A stretch of 64,000 bases of DNA from Akkermansiaceae bacterium (GCA_051251915.1 JBPOGF010000006.1:96001-160000); one strand, 5' to 3'; shown: positions 1 through 9,693, counted from the stretch's first letter. Numbers and translations: made by a program. Notes: generated by a model from the letters alone, not told the origin.

Positions 1-2
1 AT

Positions 3-1859
3 TTGATTGGTTTTAGTTCACTTTTCCTTGGTGGGATAGGGATAGCTGGGGCGATTCATATTCATATTTCTGAGCGTATTCCTAGTGTGGTGACGTTGAA
101 GTGTTTGGGTTGTACGTCTGCTAATGCGTTTGCGATTTATTTTATTCAGGGTGTTTGTATGGGAGTTTTGGGGACGGTGATGGGGTTGGTTGTGGGGTGT
201 GGTGGGATTGTTTTGTTGGCGTCGTTTGCTGGGGCTTTGAGTGGGGTGATTCCGTTTGAGATTACGATTAAGCCGGTGTGGTTTGAGGTGTTGAAGTCTG
301 GGGTGATTGGGTTTGTGATTAGTGTTTGTTTTGCGTTGTTGCCTTTGTTGAGGTTGCGGAATGTTAGTCCGTTGGCGGCGCTGAGGCAGGATGCGGGGGA
401 TGCAGGAGGGAGGGGTGCTGGGCGTGATCCGTTGAGGTGGTTGATTTTGTTGGCTTTGATGGGGGCTGCGTTTTTGTTGGCTTGGGTGGATAATAGGGAT
501 CTTGGGAGAGGTGGTGACAAGGGGGTGCTTGCGGCGGCGGGGTATGTTGGGTTTTTGGTGGTGACGTTTGGGTTGCTTTTGGGGTGTGGTTTTTTGTTGA
601 GGTGGGTGTTGAAGTTTTTTGTGCGGAGATCTTGGCCGTTTACGGTTAGGCAGGGGTTTTCTGCGCTTTATAGGCCGAATAATCAGACGAGTATTTTTAT
701 GTTATCGATTGGGCTGGGGGTGTTCTTTTTGTTTACGTTGATGTTTATGCAGAACATTTTGTTGCAGTGGTTGAGTCCTGAGAGGTTGGATGGGAGACCG
801 AATATCTTTATGGTGGATGTGCCGCCTGAGGATGCGGAGAGGGCTGAGGAAGTGATTGTAGAGTCAGGGAATACTCCGCTGGGGGCGGCTCCTATTATTC
901 AGCTTAGGTTGACGGAAATTAAGGGGAGGTCTGTGGAGGATATTTTAGCCGAGAAGGGGGATAGGGGTGATTATAAGGATGGTGAGAAGGGGGAGAGTAA
1001 GAGGATACCTCGGTGGGTTTTAAGGCGGAGTTTTAGGAGTACTTATAGGGCTGAGCTTAGTGATACTGAGGTGCTGACTGATGGTGAGTGGGTGGGGAGT
1101 TATGATGGGGTTGAGCCAGCGTCAGCTTCTGGGGGGGTGATTCCTATTAGTATGGAGGTGAAGATTGCGGAGGATTTGGGGGTGGGGATTGGTGATAGGA
1201 TTACGATGGAGATTGAGGGGTTTGGTGAGGAGGTGGAGTTGGAGATTGCTAGTTTGCGGGAGGTGGATTGGCAGAGTATGGATTTGAATTTCTTTATCGT
1301 GCTGCCTGAGGGGGCGGTGGATGATTATGTGGCGTTTAATATTCTGACGGCGCATAGTGATAATGCTGAGGCGAGGGCGGAGTTGCAGCAGAGGATGTTT
1401 GCGAGTTGGCCGTCTGTGAGTGTGATTGATTTGTCGCTTATTTTGAAGACGGTGCAGTCGGTTTTGAATGCTGCTGGGAAGGCGATTCAGGTGATGTCGT
1501 TGTTTACGTTGATTACTGGGTCGATTGTGTTGGTTTCTGCGCTGTTGTCGGGGCGGAAGGTGAGGACGAGGGAGACGGTTTTGTTGCGGACACTGGGTGC
1601 TAGTCAGGGGCAGATAGCGCGGATTTTGGCGATTGAGTATGCTTTGTTGGCTACTTTGGCGACGGTTGCTGGGGCTGGATTGGCGGCGTTGGCTAGTGCG
1701 TTGTTGAGTCAGAATTTATTTGATTCTGAGGTGTATGTGTTTCCTTGGGGGCTGCTTTTTGGTGGGGCGGGGGGGGTGATTTTTGTTACTATGGTGTTGG
1801 GGATGTTGTTGAGTAGGGGGATTGCGAGGACTCCGCCGATGGCTTCTTTGAAGGGTTAG
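3..1859 (+). CDS. ABC transporter permease, FtsX/YbbP-like (5' partial, runs off the window edge)
   Basis: Many TM segments; two FtsX-type motifs (TLKCLG and LLRTLGAS..QI..ILAIEY); YbbP-like PNIFMVD and SLREVDWQSMDLNFF. Confidence 0.85.
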   Translation: MIGFSSLFLGGIGIAGAIHIHISERIPSVVTLKCLGCTSANAFAIYFIQGVCMGVLGTVMGLVVGCGGIVLLASFAGALSGVIPFEITIKPVWFEVLKSGVIGFVISVCFALLPLLRLRNVSPLAALRQDAGDAGGRGAGRDPLRWLILLALMGAAFLLAWVDNRDLGRGGDKGVLAAAGYVGFLVVTFGLLLGCGFLLRWVLKFFVRRSWPFTVRQGFSALYRPNNQTSIFMLSIGLGVFFLFTLMFMQNILLQWLSPERLDGRPNIFMVDVPPEDAERAEEVIVESGNTPLGAAPIIQLRLTEIKGRSVEDILAEKGDRGDYKDGEKGESKRIPRWVLRRSFRSTYRAELSDTEVLTDGEWVGSYDGVEPASASGGVIPISMEVKIAEDLGVGIGDRITMEIEGFGEEVELEIASLREVDWQSMDLNFFIVLPEGAVDDYVAFNILTAHSDNAEARAELQQRMFASWPSVSVIDLSLILKTVQSVLNAAGKAIQVMSLFTLITGSIVLVSALLSGRKVRTRETVLLRTLGASQGQIARILAIEYALLATLATVAGAGLAALASALLSQNLFDSEVYVFPWGLLFGGAGGVIFVTMVLGMLLSRGIARTPPMASLKG

Positions 1860-2135
1860 CGGTGATCGGTTGCTTGGGTTTTGAGCTGCGGTGCTTTGCC
1901 ACGAATAGATCGAATTTTCACGAATGGGTGGATGATGGAGCCTTGGATGGTGAAATTTTTATGACCACGAAATATGCGAAATATGCGATAGGTTGATGGG
2001 CTTGGGTTGATGGATTTTTTTTGACCACGGAAGGCACTGAAAATACGGAACTGGGTTGATGGAGCGGAAGGCTTGAGTTGTGGGCTTTGGTTATGTTTTG
2101 CGGGACCTTACTACGGATTTGCACGGATTTTGACT
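1855..2135 (+). repeat. Composite intergenic repeat, copy 1 (CCACG-type triplet units with GGGTTGATGGA linkers)
   Basis: Units at ~1899 (ccacgaatagatcgaattttcacgaat), ~1964, ~2024 (accacggaaggcactgaaaatacggaa) and ~2110; closely similar to 3931-4230. Confidence 0.9.
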
Positions 2136-2239
2136 AGTGGGGGAGGCTGGCGTTTTTGGGATTTAAGCAAAGCTAGTTTTCTATTGGTTGACTCATTTAT
2201 TTACTCTTCTTTTTTGGCTTATTGGTTTAGATTTGATTT

Positions 2240-3181
2240 ATGTCAGGGCTCTTTCACTTATTATTTCTTCTGATCACGTTTTTGCCTTGTAGCCTGGTGG
2301 CTGAACCTGTGGAGGGGGAAAAGACTTGGGGGGTGTATCAGATTCATAGGGGGGTGGAGCGGTTTGAGGCGGGGTTGGTCTCACAGGTGAAGTTGCTGGG
2401 GGCGGTGCCAGATTATGTGTTGTTTTTCCGGGATATGAATCCTGGTCGTGGGTTTCCTGCTCAGACGGCAGAGGTGTGTAAGAAGTATGGGGCAACGGCG
2501 GTGATTAGCCAGGAGTTGTGGAGGTGGAGTGAGCGGTCGGAGATGAATAGGACGTGGTTGGCGCGGATTAATGCGGGGGAGACGGATGAGTTTTGGCGGG
2601 AGTGGGGAAGGGGGGCGAAGGCTTTTGATTCTGAGGTGGTGTTGCGTTTTGGGTTTGAGATGAATGGTGATTGGTTTGGTTGGGGGCAGCAGCCGGAGGC
2701 TTTTATTAAGGCTTGGAGGCGGGTGCATGGGATTATACGGGGTGAGGGGGCGACTAAGGTGCAGTTTATGTTTTCACCTAATGTAGAGTGGGATGAGAGT
2801 AAGGAGAAGGCGGCTATAGAGCTTTATTATCCGGGGGATGAGTTTGTGGATTTCCTGGGGCTGGATGGTTATAATTTTGGGGATGATCATTCTGAGTGGC
2901 ATAGTTGGCAGTCTTATGAGGCGGTTTTTGAGAAGAGTATTCGGAAGATGAGTCAGGCGGATAAGCCGTTGATTTTATCTGAGATTGGTTGTGCGGATGG
3001 ACCTCTTAAGGGGGAGTGGATGAAGGGGTTTCTTGATTCTGTGGAGAAGGATGGGCGGGTGAGTGGGTTTATTTATTATAATCATTTTGATCCACGTAAG
3101 AGGGAGCCTAATTGGTTGCTGAATAGTGATCCGGGTGCGCTTAAGATGTTTAGAGAATTTATTCAGAGGGTGGGGGAGTGA
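2240..3181 (+). CDS. Secreted glycoside hydrolase family 26 (mannanase/lichenase-like)
   Basis: Signal peptide; LRFGFEMNGDWF acid/base motif, YYPGDEFVDFLGLDGYN, KPLILSEIG nucleophile motif. Confidence 0.88.
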   Translation: MSGLFHLLFLLITFLPCSLVAEPVEGEKTWGVYQIHRGVERFEAGLVSQVKLLGAVPDYVLFFRDMNPGRGFPAQTAEVCKKYGATAVISQELWRWSERSEMNRTWLARINAGETDEFWREWGRGAKAFDSEVVLRFGFEMNGDWFGWGQQPEAFIKAWRRVHGIIRGEGATKVQFMFSPNVEWDESKEKAAIELYYPGDEFVDFLGLDGYNFGDDHSEWHSWQSYEAVFEKSIRKMSQADKPLILSEIGCADGPLKGEWMKGFLDSVEKDGRVSGFIYYNHFDPRKREPNWLLNSDPGALKMFREFIQRVGE

Positions 3182-3230
3182 ACCGCAGAGTTGTGATGGG
3201 GTATGCTTATCTTGGTTGATGAAACTTAAC

Positions 3231-3280
3231 TTGGGTTGATGGATTTTTTTTGAACCGCGAAATACACTAAATACACGAAA
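3231..3280 (+). repeat. Partial copy of the composite intergenic repeat
   Basis: ttgggttgatggattttttttgaaccgcgaaatacactaaatacacgaaa has the same linker + triplet architecture. Confidence 0.75.
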
Positions 3281-3391
3281 TTTTTCTTGGTGCTTCGAGT
3301 TTGGGGAGCTTTCGGTTTGAACTGACAAGGATGCCTTGACAGTTGCCTCTAGGCTGAGTTCTCTGTCTTTAATAAAACCCCATCCATATCT

Positions 3392-3868
3392 ATGAAGAAG
3401 CTGTATTTTCATCCTGTGAAAAATTCTCTTGTGAGGGGGGCTGGTCCTTATTTGGCTGAGATCCGTGATGAGGATGATAAGGTTTATTGGAGGCTTGAGG
3501 GGAGGATGAAGGGTGGGTTTGTGATGCGAGATTTTAATGGTCGGGATGAGGGGAGGATGGTTTGTTTTGAGGAGGTGAAGAAGACGTTCTTTTATGTGTC
3601 TTCAGCTAGGTTGCTGGGGATGACGCGGCGTGAGGTTCATCCGAATGCGGTGATTCATTTTGTGAGGAATCGGTGGGGGAATGATAAGGAGGTGATGGAG
3701 CTGTTTTTAGTGGATGGGCAACGCGAGTATAGTAATGAGCAGTTCACGCTGGTTCACCGTGATTTCTGGAGTAAATTTGAGATCCATACAGATGGGGGGA
3801 AGGAGAATATCTATTTAGCTGCTTGGTGGTGTTTTCATTATTGGTTTAGGAAGACTCGGCAGGGGTAG
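3392..3868 (+). CDS. Hypothetical protein (beta-rich, possibly LURP-one/Tubby-like)
   Basis: 158-aa ORF with host-like codon bias; the fold guess is weak. Confidence 0.6.
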   Translation: MKKLYFHPVKNSLVRGAGPYLAEIRDEDDKVYWRLEGRMKGGFVMRDFNGRDEGRMVCFEEVKKTFFYVSSARLLGMTRREVHPNAVIHFVRNRWGNDKEVMELFLVDGQREYSNEQFTLVHRDFWSKFEIHTDGGKENIYLAAWWCFHYWFRKTRQG

Positions 3869-3930
3869 ATTTTTTTGAACCAGGGAAGGCTTGGTCGCGT
3901 AAAACGGCTTTGGTGCACGTGATTATGTTT

Positions 3931-4230
3931 TTGGGCTTGGTGCTTTGACCTGCGGTGCTGGACCACGAATAGCTCGAATTTTCACGAATGGTGGACGATG
4001 GAGCGATTGGGGTGTTGGATTTTTGAACCACGGAATGCACTGAAATCACGGAACTGGGTTGATGGAACGGGAGGCTTGGGCTGTTGGCTTGGTTTGACGC
4101 ATTTTTCACCACGAATAGCTCGAATTTTCACGAATGGTGGACGATGGAGCGCTTGGGTTGATGGATTTTTTGAACCACGGAAGGCACTGAAATCACGGAA
4201 CTGGGTTGATGGAGCGGAACTTGGCTTGAT
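3931..4230 (+). repeat. Composite intergenic repeat, two tandem copies (period 146 bp)
   Basis: accacgaatagctcgaattttcacgaatggtggacgatggagcg starts at 3962 and 4108; each is followed by aaccacggaa(t/g)gcactgaaatcacggaactgggttgatgga. Confidence 0.95.
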
Positions 4231-4454
4231 GGATTTTGACTGTGATAAACCCGCAGGTGTGTTGCTCTGTTTTTATTGGGAGACTTAGGGTTGTGGGATT
4301 GTCGTTCTATTGTCTGACTAGTAAAAGCACACGCGATCCATGTGGCCTAGCAAACTAACTCCGTCGACTGTGGGAGTCTGTTCGATGAGCGATGTCATGG
4401 TTAGTTGCATGTGTTCATTGGATCACTTTTTCTCATTATGTCAATTTGATACAA

Positions 4455-6167
4455 TTATTTTCTACTCGCTCTTAAACTCTTATTCAATTTAGTTGTTAAT
4501 TTATAAAATTCAGCAAAGTCCTCATTTTCCACCTTTGCAACTTCATTATACTTAGCTAAAATATTACTTTTCAGGGAGTTCCTAGCACTATTTTTTTCTT
4601 TGTCCGCAGAAGTTGCGGCTGTAACTAACTCAGGGTTTTCTGCATACGCCAAAGCTTTGATCCTGTCAGGAACGAGGCCTTCTATATCTTTCTTTCCTGG
4701 AGCACTTAACCCAATAGGAAAATAATCCTTGTGTTTAATTAGTGATAATGAGTTTAGGGTTTTTTCAGCTTTGGATGCTGAGTCGAGATCATAAGTAACA
4801 ATCACTGTTTTAAAACGATTTATTATAAATTTCAATAATACTGGATTAGATAAAAATCCAGACCCTCCATAAGCGAAGAACTCTCCTTCAAATTCTAAAG
4901 CGTTAGAACCATGAACCTTACGATCTCTAAGGTTTTCAAGATATTTTATGTCGCTTTCTCCTTCCACTAGAATTAACTCCTCAGCTCCCTGAAACACAAC
5001 GTTTTTCCAGCTGTCAAATGCTGTATTACTGATTCCAAGTGCATTTGCAAATGGCTGCATCCAGTCTTCACCGTTAGTCTCGATTTGCTGCGCTCCAAAA
5101 TGTTTCTTACCTTTTATTTCTCGTTCTAATAAAATATTCGATTCTGGTTTCTCAACACTTAGCATATAAGGACTATGAGTAGTAGCTATTACTTGCACTT
5201 TAAATTCATTAGCTAGGTCTCTAATTACCCTTCCAAATTCTGCTTGAGCGGAAGGGTGAAGAAAACACTCGGGTTCTTCAACTAGTAATATAGGTGTTAT
5301 TTTATCTGACTCACTCGAATATTCTTTTACTTTTTGAGCACGTAGTAGAGCCAATAATATCATAGTTCTATTTTGTGTTCCGCTACCCCACTCCTCTAGA
5401 GGAACGTTTTCATCTTTTCCTCCTAAAGAAATACCAAAAGGAAAAGATTCAAAATCCAATGTAGGAAGTGAAATATTTACATCATATTTTTCATCTAATC
5501 TTCCTAAAAGCTGGTGTATTTCCGTTTTATGTCCAGAAGCAGCAGAGCGAATTTTATTATAAAGCGTAGTTTTCGCTTTCTTAATTTTTTCTTTATCCTC
5601 TTCACTAAATTCACCTAAATAGGATGATATACCGTGCCTCATTGCGTAAAATCCATTACGACTCTGTGTCGAGTTATGGAAGAAAAAGGATTTAGATGAC
5701 CTTAATTTTTTATGGATTTCTTCTATGACGTAATGGTCTGTGATCTCTTGGTCATGTAGCTTAAGGTCTAATTTAGCGCTCGAAGAGTTTTCAGAATATC
5801 TTCTGGAAAGTCTTGCACATATTGACTCAGCCTTATCAAAATCCAACTTTGCAAAAGTCTCCATAAACTTGAAAAGACCTTTGTCGGCTTCTCGACTGAT
5901 TCTTAAGGTTATTTCAATATGAATATCCTCTTTATTTTCGTCTTTTAGTTTCCAATGAGGGTAATCATTCTTAAATGAAACGCTGGGAGCATCTCCGACA
6001 AAAGGATCATATACGCTATCATCTGATAAAAACATTCTCATTATCTTCATTAAAGAAGTCTTCCCGGCGTTATTCTTGCCCGAGAGAGCTACATAAAAAT
6101 CAGGAAAATCTAATTCAAGGTTTTCTAATGTTCTATAGTTCTTAATTTTAAGTTTTTCGACTTTCAT
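4455..6167 (-). CDS. OLD-family ATP-dependent nuclease (ABC ATPase + TOPRIM), solo gene
   Basis: Walker A GKNNAGKT, signature WGSGTQN, Walker B LLVEEPE, H-loop TTHSP; TOPRIM ILVEGESD and YDLD; AT-rich relative to flanks. Confidence 0.88.
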   Translation of the reverse strand: MKVEKLKIKNYRTLENLELDFPDFYVALSGKNNAGKTSLMKIMRMFLSDDSVYDPFVGDAPSVSFKNDYPHWKLKDENKEDIHIEITLRISREADKGLFKFMETFAKLDFDKAESICARLSRRYSENSSSAKLDLKLHDQEITDHYVIEEIHKKLRSSKSFFFHNSTQSRNGFYAMRHGISSYLGEFSEEDKEKIKKAKTTLYNKIRSAASGHKTEIHQLLGRLDEKYDVNISLPTLDFESFPFGISLGGKDENVPLEEWGSGTQNRTMILLALLRAQKVKEYSSESDKITPILLVEEPECFLHPSAQAEFGRVIRDLANEFKVQVIATTHSPYMLSVEKPESNILLEREIKGKKHFGAQQIETNGEDWMQPFANALGISNTAFDSWKNVVFQGAEELILVEGESDIKYLENLRDRKVHGSNALEFEGEFFAYGGSGFLSNPVLLKFIINRFKTVIVTYDLDSASKAEKTLNSLSLIKHKDYFPIGLSAPGKKDIEGLVPDRIKALAYAENPELVTAATSADKEKNSARNSLKSNILAKYNEVAKVENEDFAEFYKLTTKLNKSLRASRK

Positions 6168-6200
6168 AAGTTGTATTTCTGAATTTTAGCTTGGAAGCTT

Positions 6201-6232
6201 AAAAGCTCACCTTGTTTTCAAGGTGAGCTTCC
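6201..6232 (-). terminator. Intrinsic terminator of nrdA
   Basis: aagctcaccttg/caaggtgagctt stem followed by a T-run on the minus strand. Confidence 0.8.
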
Positions 6233-6299
6233 TTAGTGATGTTTTATTAAAATGTTAACCGTGCGTTCAATTGTTGTTTATCAATTATTTACACCTGGG

Positions 6300-9200
6300 T
6301 TACTGGCAGGCTTCGCATTCTCCGCCGTTTAGCATGGCGTCTAGGGAGCAGGCTTGGGCTTGGGCGGGGGTGAAGGTTTTCTTTTCTGCTTGGGCGTTGG
6401 CTTGCTGGGCTAGGGCTGCTGTGGTGGTGGCGGCGCCGCGGTTTTCCTTTTTGTCTACGGTGGATTTCTCGATGCTGTTGGCACCCATGGATCTTAGGTA
6501 GTAGGTGGTTTTGAGGCCGGTGTGCCAGGCTCTGCGATACATGTGGGAGAGGATCTTGAGGTCTGGCTTGGCGATGAAGAGGTTGACGGATTGGGATTGG
6601 TCGATCCATTTTTGTCTTCTGGCGGCGGCGTCGATGACGTATTCGAAGGGGACTCCGAAGACGGTGCGGTGCTTTTCTTTGAGGTGATCTGGGATGTCTG
6701 CGATTTCGTCTAGTTCGCCGTCGAAGTATTTGAGGTTGTCTAGCATTTCTGCGTCCCAGAGGCCTTCTTTTTTGAGGTCTTTTACGAGCTCGCGGTTGAG
6801 GATGGTGAAGTTTCCTCCTAGGTTGGATTTGACGAAGAGGTTTTTGTAGTTTGGCTCGATGCATGGGGTGGTTCCCATGATGTTAGAGATGGTGGCTGTG
6901 GGTGCGATGGCGAGGACGTTTGAGTTTCTCATGCCGCTTTTGGCGATTTTTTCACGGACGAATGTCCAGTCCATTTTGGCTCCACGTGGGACGTCGATTT
7001 TGACTCCGCGCTCGTCTTCTAGGATGTCAACGGTGTCTTGTGGGAGGAGGCCGCGGTCCCACTTGGATCCTTTGTAGGATGAGTAGGTGCCGCGCTCTTC
7101 TGCGATGTCTGATGATGCGCTGTAGGCGTAGTAGGCGACGGCTTCCATGAACTCGTCATTGAACTCGACGGCGGCGTCTGAGGCGAATGCCATGTTCTTT
7201 TTGTAGAGGGCATTTTGGAGTCCCATGACTCCCATTCCGATGGGGCGGTGACGGCTGTTGGCGGTCTTGGCTGACGGGGTGGGGTAGAAGTTGATGTCGA
7301 TGACGTTGTCTAGTGCGCGGATGCCTACGGTGATGGTTTCCTTGAGCATGTCGTGGTCGATGGAGCCGTCTTCGCGGACGTGGTTATCGAGGACTACTGA
7401 GCCTAGGTTACAGACGGCAGTTTCTTCTTCTGAGGTGTTGAGTGTGATCTCTGTGCAGAGGTTAGATGAGTGGATGACTCCGGCGTGGTCTTGTGGTGAG
7501 CGGAGGTTACACGGGTCTTTGAATGTGATCCATGGGTGGCCTGTCTCGAAGATCATTTTGAGCATTTTCTTCCACATTTCGATGGCTGGGAGCTGCTTGG
7601 ACCAGATTTTGCCTTCTGCTGCCATTGCTTCGTATTCTTTGTAGCGCTGCTCGAAGGCGGCTCCGTAGAGGTCGTGGAGGTCTGGGGTTTCATTGGTGCG
7701 GAAGAGGGACCAGTTTTCACGGGTTTCCATGCGTTTCATGAAGAGGTCTGGGACCCAGTTGGCTGTGTTCATGTCGTGACAGCGGCGGCGCTCGTCTCCT
7801 GTGTTTTTGCGGAGTTCGAGGAAGTCTTCCATGTCGTTGTGCCATGTTTCTAGGTAGGCACAACCTGAGCCGCGGCGTTTTCCGCCTTGGTTTACGGCTA
7901 CGAGTTGGTCGTTATGGAGTTTGAGGAATGGGATGACTCCTTGGGATTCACCGTTGGTGCCCTGGATGTATCCACCGGTTCCTCGGACGGCTGTCCATGA
8001 TCCGCCTAGTCCGCCTGCCCATTTGGAGAGGTAGGCGTTGTCTGCGATACCGCGCTGCATGATGGACTCGATGGAGTCATCTACTTTGTAGAGGTAGCAG
8101 GATGAGAGCTGGGAGTGGAGGGTTCCTGAGTTGAAGAGGGTTGGTGTGGATGAGCAGAAGCGGCGGCCTTTGTAGAGGTTGTAGAGGCGTCCGCACCAGT
8201 CTTGCTTGTCTGTGCCGTCTTCTTTGAAGAGGCCCATGGAGACGCGCATCCAGAAGAACTGGGGGACTTCTAGGCGGCGCTGGGTGTCACCGGTTTTGTC
8301 GATGATGAGGTAGCGGTCGTAGAGGGTGGAGATGCCGAGGTAGTCGAAGTCTAGGTCTGCTGTTGGGTCTAGCTGCTGGGCGATCTTGTCTAGGTTGTAG
8401 CGGCCATCGACGAGGTCAGGTGAGAGGCGTTTGATTTTGACTCCGTGTCTGAGGTATTTTTTGAATGCTGTGACGTGGGCTTTTTTGAGGCCTTCGATTC
8501 CGTCGTTGAGGATGGACCAGTCTAGGACTTCTTCGTAGATGTATGAGAGGAGGATACGGCCTGCGAAGAGGGAGAAGTCTGCGTCACGTTCGATGAGTGA
8601 TTTGGCGTTGAGTGTGATGGTCTGGCGGAGGCCGTCTTTGGTGATTTCTGTGCCGATGGAGCGGCGGAGTTCAGATTCGATTTCTGCGTCTGAGAGGCAG
8701 AGGTCTAGGCCGATGGCTGCGAACTGGATGCGCTTTTTGAGTTCCATTCCGTCCCAGAAGTCTGAGCCACCGTCTGGTGTGGTGACGACGACCATGGAGT
8801 CTTGCTGCGGGTCCTCGATAGGAGCAGATTCCATGTGCTTACGGTTTTCTGATTGTTGGCGGCGGTAGAGGATGTAGTGCTCGGCGGTCTTGAAGTGGCC
8901 TGCGCGCATGAGTTCTTCTTGGACCATGTCCTGGACGTCTTCGATGTGGATGAAGGCTTTTTCTTCTTCACGGACGCGCTCGGTGACGGCTTTTGCGATT
9001 TTGCCAGCTGAGTCAGCGTCTCGCTTCATGGAGAGGAATGCGTGGCGGACTGCGTTTTCGATTTTGGTTTCTGACCAAGGGACGACGTTGCCGTTTCTGC
9101 GGATGAGGCGGACGGTGAATGGTTCGTGCGAGACTGTGGTCATTTCGATGGAGCCTTTGTCTTCGAGTGCGCGGTTGAAGACGAGTGATTTAGCTACGTC

Positions 9201-9596
9201 GTGGGCATCGTTTTCGATGAGGGCTTTTTCGATGAGGAGGTAGAGGTCTGTCTGGGTGAGCTTGAGCTTGCCGCTTTCGCCTACTTGTTCGATGAGAGAT
9301 TCTGCGACGTTGTGTGCGACGCCGGATACGAAGTGGCGGTTTTCGTCGTTGAAGATGGTGTCTTCTGTGGCTTGGCGTGCGAGGAGGAGGTCAGTGAGGG
9401 CTCCGCCGACGGTGTCTGCGATGTCTGCGAGGGAGAGCTCGGTTTCTTGTTGGCCGTTCTGGACGAGGATTTCTGGGACGCTGACTTTATTTCCGCCGAG
9501 TTGTTCACGCCAGGCGAAGTCTGGTTTTTCTGAGCGGGGACGTGTGACTACGTTTTTGAGGGCTTGGTCTTCTTCTAGTGACAAGTTTCGATACAT
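6300..9596 (-). CDS. nrdA: Class I ribonucleotide reductase alpha subunit with three apparent N-terminal ATP-cones
   Basis: TPTLFNSGT..QLSSCY, SNLCTEI, AVCNLGS, AIAPTATIS, KTTYYLR, C-terminal CEACQ. Confidence 0.97.
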   Translation of the reverse strand: MYRNLSLEEDQALKNVVTRPRSEKPDFAWREQLGGNKVSVPEILVQNGQQETELSLADIADTVGGALTDLLLARQATEDTIFNDENRHFVSGVAHNVAESLIEQVGESGKLKLTQTDLYLLIEKALIENDAHDVAKSLVFNRALEDKGSIEMTTVSHEPFTVRLIRRNGNVVPWSETKIENAVRHAFLSMKRDADSAGKIAKAVTERVREEEKAFIHIEDVQDMVQEELMRAGHFKTAEHYILYRRQQSENRKHMESAPIEDPQQDSMVVVTTPDGGSDFWDGMELKKRIQFAAIGLDLCLSDAEIESELRRSIGTEITKDGLRQTITLNAKSLIERDADFSLFAGRILLSYIYEEVLDWSILNDGIEGLKKAHVTAFKKYLRHGVKIKRLSPDLVDGRYNLDKIAQQLDPTADLDFDYLGISTLYDRYLIIDKTGDTQRRLEVPQFFWMRVSMGLFKEDGTDKQDWCGRLYNLYKGRRFCSSTPTLFNSGTLHSQLSSCYLYKVDDSIESIMQRGIADNAYLSKWAGGLGGSWTAVRGTGGYIQGTNGESQGVIPFLKLHNDQLVAVNQGGKRRGSGCAYLETWHNDMEDFLELRKNTGDERRRCHDMNTANWVPDLFMKRMETRENWSLFRTNETPDLHDLYGAAFEQRYKEYEAMAAEGKIWSKQLPAIEMWKKMLKMIFETGHPWITFKDPCNLRSPQDHAGVIHSSNLCTEITLNTSEEETAVCNLGSVVLDNHVREDGSIDHDMLKETITVGIRALDNVIDINFYPTPSAKTANSRHRPIGMGVMGLQNALYKKNMAFASDAAVEFNDEFMEAVAYYAYSASSDIAEERGTYSSYKGSKWDRGLLPQDTVDILEDERGVKIDVPRGAKMDWTFVREKIAKSGMRNSNVLAIAPTATISNIMGTTPCIEPNYKNLFVKSNLGGNFTILNRELVKDLKKEGLWDAEMLDNLKYFDGELDEIADIPDHLKEKHRTVFGVPFEYVIDAAARRQKWIDQSQSVNLFIAKPDLKILSHMYRRAWHTGLKTTYYLRSMGANSIEKSTVDKKENRGAATTTAALAQQANAQAEKKTFTPAQAQACSLDAMLNGGECEACQ

Positions 9597-9651
9597 AATG
9601 TTTTAAGGGTGAGTTAGTTGTTGGGGTTCGGTGCTGGTGGTTGGGTTTATT

Positions 9652-9683
9652 AGATCCGTCAAATGGGTTGTGGTGACGGATCT
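9652..9683. other. Intercistronic stem-loop between nrdB and nrdA
   Basis: Perfect 10-bp inverted repeat agatccgtca/tgacggatct; no T-run on the transcribed strand. Confidence 0.6.
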
Positions 9684-9693
9684 GGATGGTGGG

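Noticed and set aside
1855..4230. CRISPR array interpretation of the repeats
   Set aside because: Units are degenerate, the intervening sequences are themselves repeated rather than unique spacers, and no cas genes are present
1918..4288. Short ORFs 1918-2124, 2073-2273, 3846-4112 and 3998-4288
   Set aside because: They are translations of the intergenic repeats with no independent coding evidence
4290..6167. Retron or Gabija system
   Set aside because: No reverse transcriptase or UvrD-like helicase gene is adjacent
6271..9606. Many overlapping and antisense ORFs inside nrdA (and likewise in ispG, thiC, the PVC protein and the mur genes)
   Set aside because: Shadow frames caused by biased codon usage; no recognisable motifs
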